DNA of 31,325 nucleotides. Origin: a virus (taxonomy: Duplodnaviria; Caudoviricetes). The DNA is taken from the IMG/VR virus record IMGVR_UViG_3300036398_000073, positions 1 through 31,325 of that record, one strand, 5' to 3'. Shown piece after piece: positions 27,701 to 31,325 of this stretch (position 1 is its first letter; each line of letters begins with the position of its first letter). The notes under the pieces are model-generated. The model saw only the letters and a list, made by a program, of their open reading frames with translations. It ran no database searches and was not told where the DNA came from. A program made the position numbers and the translations under genes.

Positions 27701-30700
27701 ATGGGTTTTATTGAAAATCAAATAAAATCTCTTAATTCTTTTATAGCTAACACAGATAGTTATGATGCAACCTCTAGAGCTGAAAGAGATATTAGGAAGT
27801 ATGAAGAAGATTTTAAAAAACTAAAAGAAGAACTAGCTGCTTTAGAAAGCAAACAATCTACTAGTGTTTCTAAAGACGATAAATTAAAGGTAGTTAAAGT
27901 ATATCATCATACTAATGTTGATCCAAAAGACTTTAATTTTGGAAATTTTCAAAGAGGTAAACAACAAGTTAGTCAATTTGGAGATGGATTAAATGCATCT
28001 TCTACTACTACTCCATTTTTAGTTAAAAGATATGGTAATCCTATAGAGGGTGAAATTAACGAATCTGATTTCATAGTTATTGATGCTAATAAGTCTGAAA
28101 AAGAACTATATGAAGAACTTAAATCTAAAGGATATAAATTTAACAATCCAGGTACAGGTTCTTATATAGGAAATGATCCTGCTAAAGAATATAATGGAAC
28201 TGAAAAAGCAAATGTACAACCAGCTATAATATCTTTATTTAATGATTTTCAAAAATCAAATCCTCAGGTAAAAGGAGTTAAAGTTATAAATCACATTATT
28301 GGTAATCAAAAAGTTGACTCTTTTTATGTAATATATGACAATAAATCTTTTTATGGGCCAGGATCACTTTCTAAAACTCAGCCTAAAGTTGACACACTTG
28401 AATCTGAATTACAAGATCTTAGTAACAAAAAGGAAAAGGCTATTAGTGATTTAAATAATGCTAATTTACCTCAAGAATTGTTACAAAACACTATTAATGT
28501 TATTAATGAAAGGTTTAATAATTTAGAATCTCTAGTAAAACAAAAATACGGAGTTAAAGAAGATTTAAATAAACAAATTGAAAAAATTGAAGATGCTCAA
28601 AATACTAAGGAAAATATTATTATCAATGCTAATGATGGGGTTGTACCTGAAATTGGTTATAAGGAAAGGAAAGCATTAGAAAATGAATTAAGTGAAACTT
28701 TAGAGTTTACTAATGATCAAGGTGAATCTGTAAGTCCTCAAGGTAATATAGTTACTTTAGGTGACTTAATTATTAATGCAGCAAAAAGTATTGCTTACTT
28801 ATCTAAATCTTATATAGCAAAGATTGCTAAATTAGGTGAAGTTACTTATTCTCAGAAAGAAGATATATCTGAAGATCAGCTTAATGAGTTTATGCAAGAA
28901 CCTATGTTATTGTCAAATAAACAATATCAAGCAGGTGAAGAATTAAACTTATCAGTTGACACTACATTTAATGTAACTAAAGAAGATGGTACAGTTATTA
29001 GTTATGAACAAACTAAAGATAATCCTTACTTAGTACCTATTAAGATTACAAATAAAGAAGGTAAGATTATAGGTTATTTGCATACTTTAGATTGGATTAA
29101 TGAATCTAATGTTGCATCTAAAAATGATAATATTGAAAAGCAACGTAATGCATTAAAAGCTTTACGTGAAGATATAGTTGCTAAAGGAACTAAGAAAGTT
29201 ATTATTAGTAATAAAACATTAGGTAAGTTAAACTTTACAGCTAAAAAAGCTGATAAACCAACTTCTGAAGTTATTAAGAACCCTAATACTAAATTTGTAA
29301 TAGGTAAAAATAATAGTTTCTACGAAGGCTTAGATATGCCTTTAAATGGCAATCAGCCAATTAATAGAGATGTTAAAGCTGGTTTAGTTTATATGCTAGT
29401 TGATACACCTGTTGCAGGTAAAACTATTGCTATACCAGTATTTAATAATAAGATTAGTGATGAAATTGCTGATACTTTAACTAATGCTGTAGAAGCATTC
29501 TTTAAACAAGATACTAAGATTGCTGATAATATACTTAAACAAACAGGCATAGATATTCTTAAAATAAATGGTTTAAGAAACTTCTTTGAATTATATGTAG
29601 CTACTGCTTCATTTGATCAATCTGACTTAAACAACAATGTTGGAAATGATGATAAATTATTTTTAAATGTACTAGGTAGTGGAATACAATATGGAACTGG
29701 TGGAGATAGAATTAAATCTGTAGGTAATCTACAAAACTTTAATAGAGAAGATTTTAATAGAAATATTAAAAAAGCTTATACTTCTATATTCTTAAAGCAT
29801 TTAAACAAACCTTCATTTAAACAAGTATATATTGATAATAAAGGTAAGGTAACTTATAAAGAGTCTACCTATAATGAATTTATTAAAAACAATACAACTA
29901 CTAACGTATCAGATATTAAATTACCTGATGGTAGTTATACTTTATTTGTACAACCAGTAATAACATTTGATGAACTTATTGCCGCTAAGGATAATATACT
30001 TAACGACTCATCAAAGCCTAGTTATACAACTCCTAGTACTAAATCTAATCCTACTAAGTTAGGTGAAATAAACTTTGATGCATTAAATGATGAAGAAGAT
30101 TTAGTTGATGAATCTCCTGTAGTATTAGGTGCAGATTATTCAAGTCAACCTGTTAAAGAAGGTGTTGAAGAACTATTTGACAGTAATCCTGAGTTAGCTA
30201 ATAAAGTATATGAAGCTTTAGGGTTTTATGTGCAATTAGTAGAAGGTTCTGAAGAATATAATTTAAATTCATATAAGTCATTTTCTAAAAAATATAAATT
30301 ATTACAAGATAAAGCTTGGATAGATAAAAAGAAAAAAGAGTTTATTTTTAGTAAAGATAGTAATAAGTTAAAATTAGAAGATTTAAAAGTTTTAATAAAT
30401 AGTGTTTCTAATAATGGTATAACGGTTTTAGATAATGAAAATATTTTTATTACTGACATTTCTAAAGTAATTGAAATAATAAAACTCCTTACAAATAAAT
30501 ATGATAATTTTAGAGGTTTAGAATCTTTAGAAATTTTAAAATTTGCAGATAGTTTTATAAAAACTAAAGAAGTAGATACAAGTAATTTAAAAGATTTTTC
30601 AAATTGGGTTAAATTAGTAAATAAAGTAGATGAAGCTAAAAAACTTGCTGCTGTTTCTATATATCAATATTATCAATCTTTTTTAAATAATTCTAATTTT

Positions 30701-31325
30701 AGCGATTTAGTTTATGACATTAATGATATAAGCGAAATAACTAGTATTATAAAAAATGAATTAAATAAAAATTTTGATACAATAATTGATAATTATTCAG
30801 AAGATAAAAATAATAAAGATTATGAAAAAGCTTTTGATGCTTTTTTAAAAAATGAAGCTGAAAAAGAATCTAAAATATTATATAGTGAAATAACTCCACA
30901 ACAAAAACAACAAGCTTTACAAGCATACTCTCAATACTTAGATACTGTATTTCCTGATAGTAAAATAAAAGATATTGTTTATCATGGAACCAAAGGAGAA
31001 AAATTTGATAAAATAGATGTTTCTAAATCTAAATTTAATAAAGGATTTTATTTTGCAAAAGATAAAAATATTGCTGAAGGATACGGAAATATTATTGCAT
31101 TAATAGTAAATTCAAAAAATATTCAAGCAATTCCTTATGCACATTTTGGATATTATACTCAAACAAAAGAAAATTTAATTTCAGAACTTAATAAATTAAA
31201 ATCATTAAAAAATGAAGGTAATTTTGAAAATGCTTTAGCGTTACAATTTATTGACGTTGTAGATGAAATAAAGTTTTTTAATAATAAACAAGAAAAAGAA
31301 GAGTATAGAAAATCTAATTCTGGTT
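24791..31325 (+). CDS. Giant crAss-like virion polyvalent protein, 3'-truncated (at least 2178 aa); virion RNA-polymerase-associated locus, with two ART-like domains in the visible part
   Basis: ATG 1 nt after the previous stop. Hand translation of large parts (MPDNNKPNLNVTVNPEE...GESKYD...LRAQRQS...GWWGEN...QESGEEAYQF...SAFLGGLGGG) found no stop, and the frame is open at the window end, which explains its absence from the ORF track. No RNAP catalytic DxDxD motif seen in the window. Confidence 0.88.
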   Translation, partial: MPDNNKPNLNVTVNPEEILKNKGSGFDLKTGEKGYFGGTGFGESKYDLPQETSWADIESGNLEELRAQRQSSLAKIGSGLANAVTQTGLDIIKDTSYLLDYRNYTNFTERAKEGFHNDIADAIQSVEDKLKIPVYRTKESEGFSPLSAGWWGENIPSILTTVSMMVPAQGAVMGLSKLSKALGGAKLIRGIEAVSGAKNLSAGLKGITGAVISRQMENIMEGGQTFEDTYKSLEGKINPSTNQLFTEEEKKAIAGEAAANNYKLNWANIVTDLPQYMLLNKSFSQMIKDQRIGLSDLVATMGQESGEEAYQFITNEETKRAALIKSGVLEDDKSSLTDRVLDYAKDGEFWTSAFLGGLGGGIFAGVGKIGENKRIEKLQKQQEAIVKLHTAVIKGDEQSFNRTTDDVFHKTLMDNITDLDNFKSMLEITPEAMDDPEERVKSQKTLNDRKQVIKFAEDYRNTLSADNTKDDALKATELDIAIDQKLTDNRLRNINTELTSLKAEDAHSLNLQDPTLYQFKNLKMQYEAIKDIPQLADKAKQLQTTIAENYNLLLSEGLYSSKEDIDKQLISPNDSKIINLIRNQELDSRRFNQNKEVLYQLSTPEGRDNIKKAAEDQIAKQQEAIRVANEQAAKAEQDKIIDIFANKINSGEQLESEDELAYYNANKKAIDSKVEQLKIAGNNIPQDILDILNKDVENEANFEQQKAEVIGQPAGDIFGDVSEPVETDVTTDAKATDLGFSNLSNIGNQGLAIMEADINKSGKHVTFNISRATPEQRQKINSDIEEFKKKYPEKNIVSRIENNNLIVEVAPTNTQSTTDAIADIERRRQEELESNASSIRVKVETYNTLTINGNPVQVEITTNKDGSRVLKARTINEDGSIDPMAFVTERINSGSQLSLTNEKLIEGYIGNEDNTLKKVSEDLNPSDARTNKINAKYDAEIAALKSKPATAAVSDIDAKIADLKSKITKQMGFIENQIKSLNSFIANTDSYDATSRAERDIRKYEEDFKKLKEELAALESKQSTSVSKDDKLKVVKVYHHTNVDPKDFNFGNFQRGKQQVSQFGDGLNASSTTTPFLVKRYGNPIEGEINESDFIVIDANKSEKELYEELKSKGYKFNNPGTGSYIGNDPAKEYNGTEKANVQPAIISLFNDFQKSNPQVKGVKVINHIIGNQKVDSFYVIYDNKSFYGPGSLSKTQPKVDTLESELQDLSNKKEKAISDLNNANLPQELLQNTINVINERFNNLESLVKQKYGVKEDLNKQIEKIEDAQNTKENIIINANDGVVPEIGYKERKALENELSETLEFTNDQGESVSPQGNIVTLGDLIINAAKSIAYLSKSYIAKIAKLGEVTYSQKEDISEDQLNEFMQEPMLLSNKQYQAGEELNLSVDTTFNVTKEDGTVISYEQTKDNPYLVPIKITNKEGKIIGYLHTLDWINESNVASKNDNIEKQRNALKALREDIVAKGTKKVIISNKTLGKLNFTAKKADKPTSEVIKNPNTKFVIGKNNSFYEGLDMPLNGNQPINRDVKAGLVYMLVDTPVAGKTIAIPVFNNKISDEIADTLTNAVEAFFKQDTKIADNILKQTGIDILKINGLRNFFELYVATASFDQSDLNNNVGNDDKLFLNVLGSGIQYGTGGDRIKSVGNLQNFNREDFNRNIKKAYTSIFLKHLNKPSFKQVYIDNKGKVTYKESTYNEFIKNNTTTNVSDIKLPDGSYTLFVQPVITFDELIAAKDNILNDSSKPSYTTPSTKSNPTKLGEINFDALNDEEDLVDESPVVLGADYSSQPVKEGVEELFDSNPELANKVYEALGFYVQLVEGSEEYNLNSYKSFSKKYKLLQDKAWIDKKKKEFIFSKDSNKLKLEDLKVLINSVSNNGITVLDNENIFITDISKVIEIIKLLTNKYDNFRGLESLEILKFADSFIKTKEVDTSNLKDFSNWVKLVNKVDEAKKLAAVSIYQYYQSFLNNSNFSDLVYDINDISEITSIIKNELNKNFDTIIDNYSEDKNNKDYEKAFDAFLKNEAEKESKILYSEITPQQKQQALQAYSQYLDTVFPDSKIKDIVYHGTKGEKFDKIDVSKSKFNKGFYFAKDKNIAEGYGNIIALIVNSKNIQAIPYAHFGYYTQTKENLISELNKLKSLKNEGNFENALALQFIDVVDEIKFFNNKQEKEEYRKSNSG
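27899..28339 (+). other. Divergent ADP-ribosyltransferase-like (ART-PolyVal-like) domain inside the giant ORF
   Basis: VYHHT (27899), FGDGLNAS (27977), KRYG, VKGVKV and FYVIYD (28322) follow the order H-x-T / FGxG / YG / G / YVV-x-D. Confidence 0.55.
30977..31325 (+). other. ART-PolyVal-like domain (N-terminal part) inside the giant ORF
   Basis: VYHGT (30977-30991), KFDKID, GFYFA (31043-31057), AEGYG (31073-31087); preceded by YSQYLDTVFPDSKIKDI. Confidence 0.8.

Noticed and set aside
8-30459. All minus-strand ORFs in the track (8-433, 1698-1961, 2551-2826, 5104-5304, 11471-11689, 21150-21437, 21492-21701, 23476-23679, 27511-27696, 30226-30459)
   Set aside because: They lie antisense to well-supported + strand genes, have F/S/I/L-rich shadow composition and show no recognisable motifs.
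13182-31325. Stop-codon reassignment (TAG or TGA) as in some Crassvirales
   Set aside because: Genes are long and contiguous under code 11 with no fragmentation; no suppressor tRNA seen.
24790-31325. Apparent 6.5-kb non-coding region in the ORF track
   Set aside because: It is one open frame that lacks a stop inside the window.
1-31325. CRISPR array, tRNA, rRNA, integrase, transposase, intron or intein
   Set aside because: No regularly spaced repeats, intergenic gaps too short and AT-rich for structured RNA genes, and no matching protein motifs seen by eye.

Overview
AT-rich tailed-phage DNA with all convincing genes on the + strand, standard genetic code and Bacteroidota-style expression signals (A-rich leaders, no obvious Shine-Dalgarno, one TAnnTTTG box). 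It looks like two different virion-building modules joined end to end. Left (63 to about 10630): tape-measure-like protein, XkdF-like prohead protease, scaffold, major capsid, tail tube, a portal with a long C-terminal extension, head-completion genes, an Mtd_N tail fibre and a DUF1566 protein, resembling small aquatic Bacteroidota/Flavobacterium-type phages. Right (about 10672 to the end): fibre, lysis cassette (CHAP endolysin, holin, u-spanin-like protein), then a Crassvirales (crAss-like) block of ring protein, IHF-like protein, tail tubular protein, tail stabilization/muzzle protein and three cargo genes. The last cargo gene (24791 to beyond 31325, at least 2178 codons) is missing from the ORF track because it has no stop inside the window. 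Main points of interest: the junction of the two modules (real mosaic or assembly chimera), a cargo protein cut into mini-domains by about 15 xxxGG motifs, and the giant protein built from linker-bounded cassettes, including two ADP-ribosyltransferase-like domains and a very AT-rich in-frame insert. All family assignments come from motif recognition and gene order; no database searches were run.
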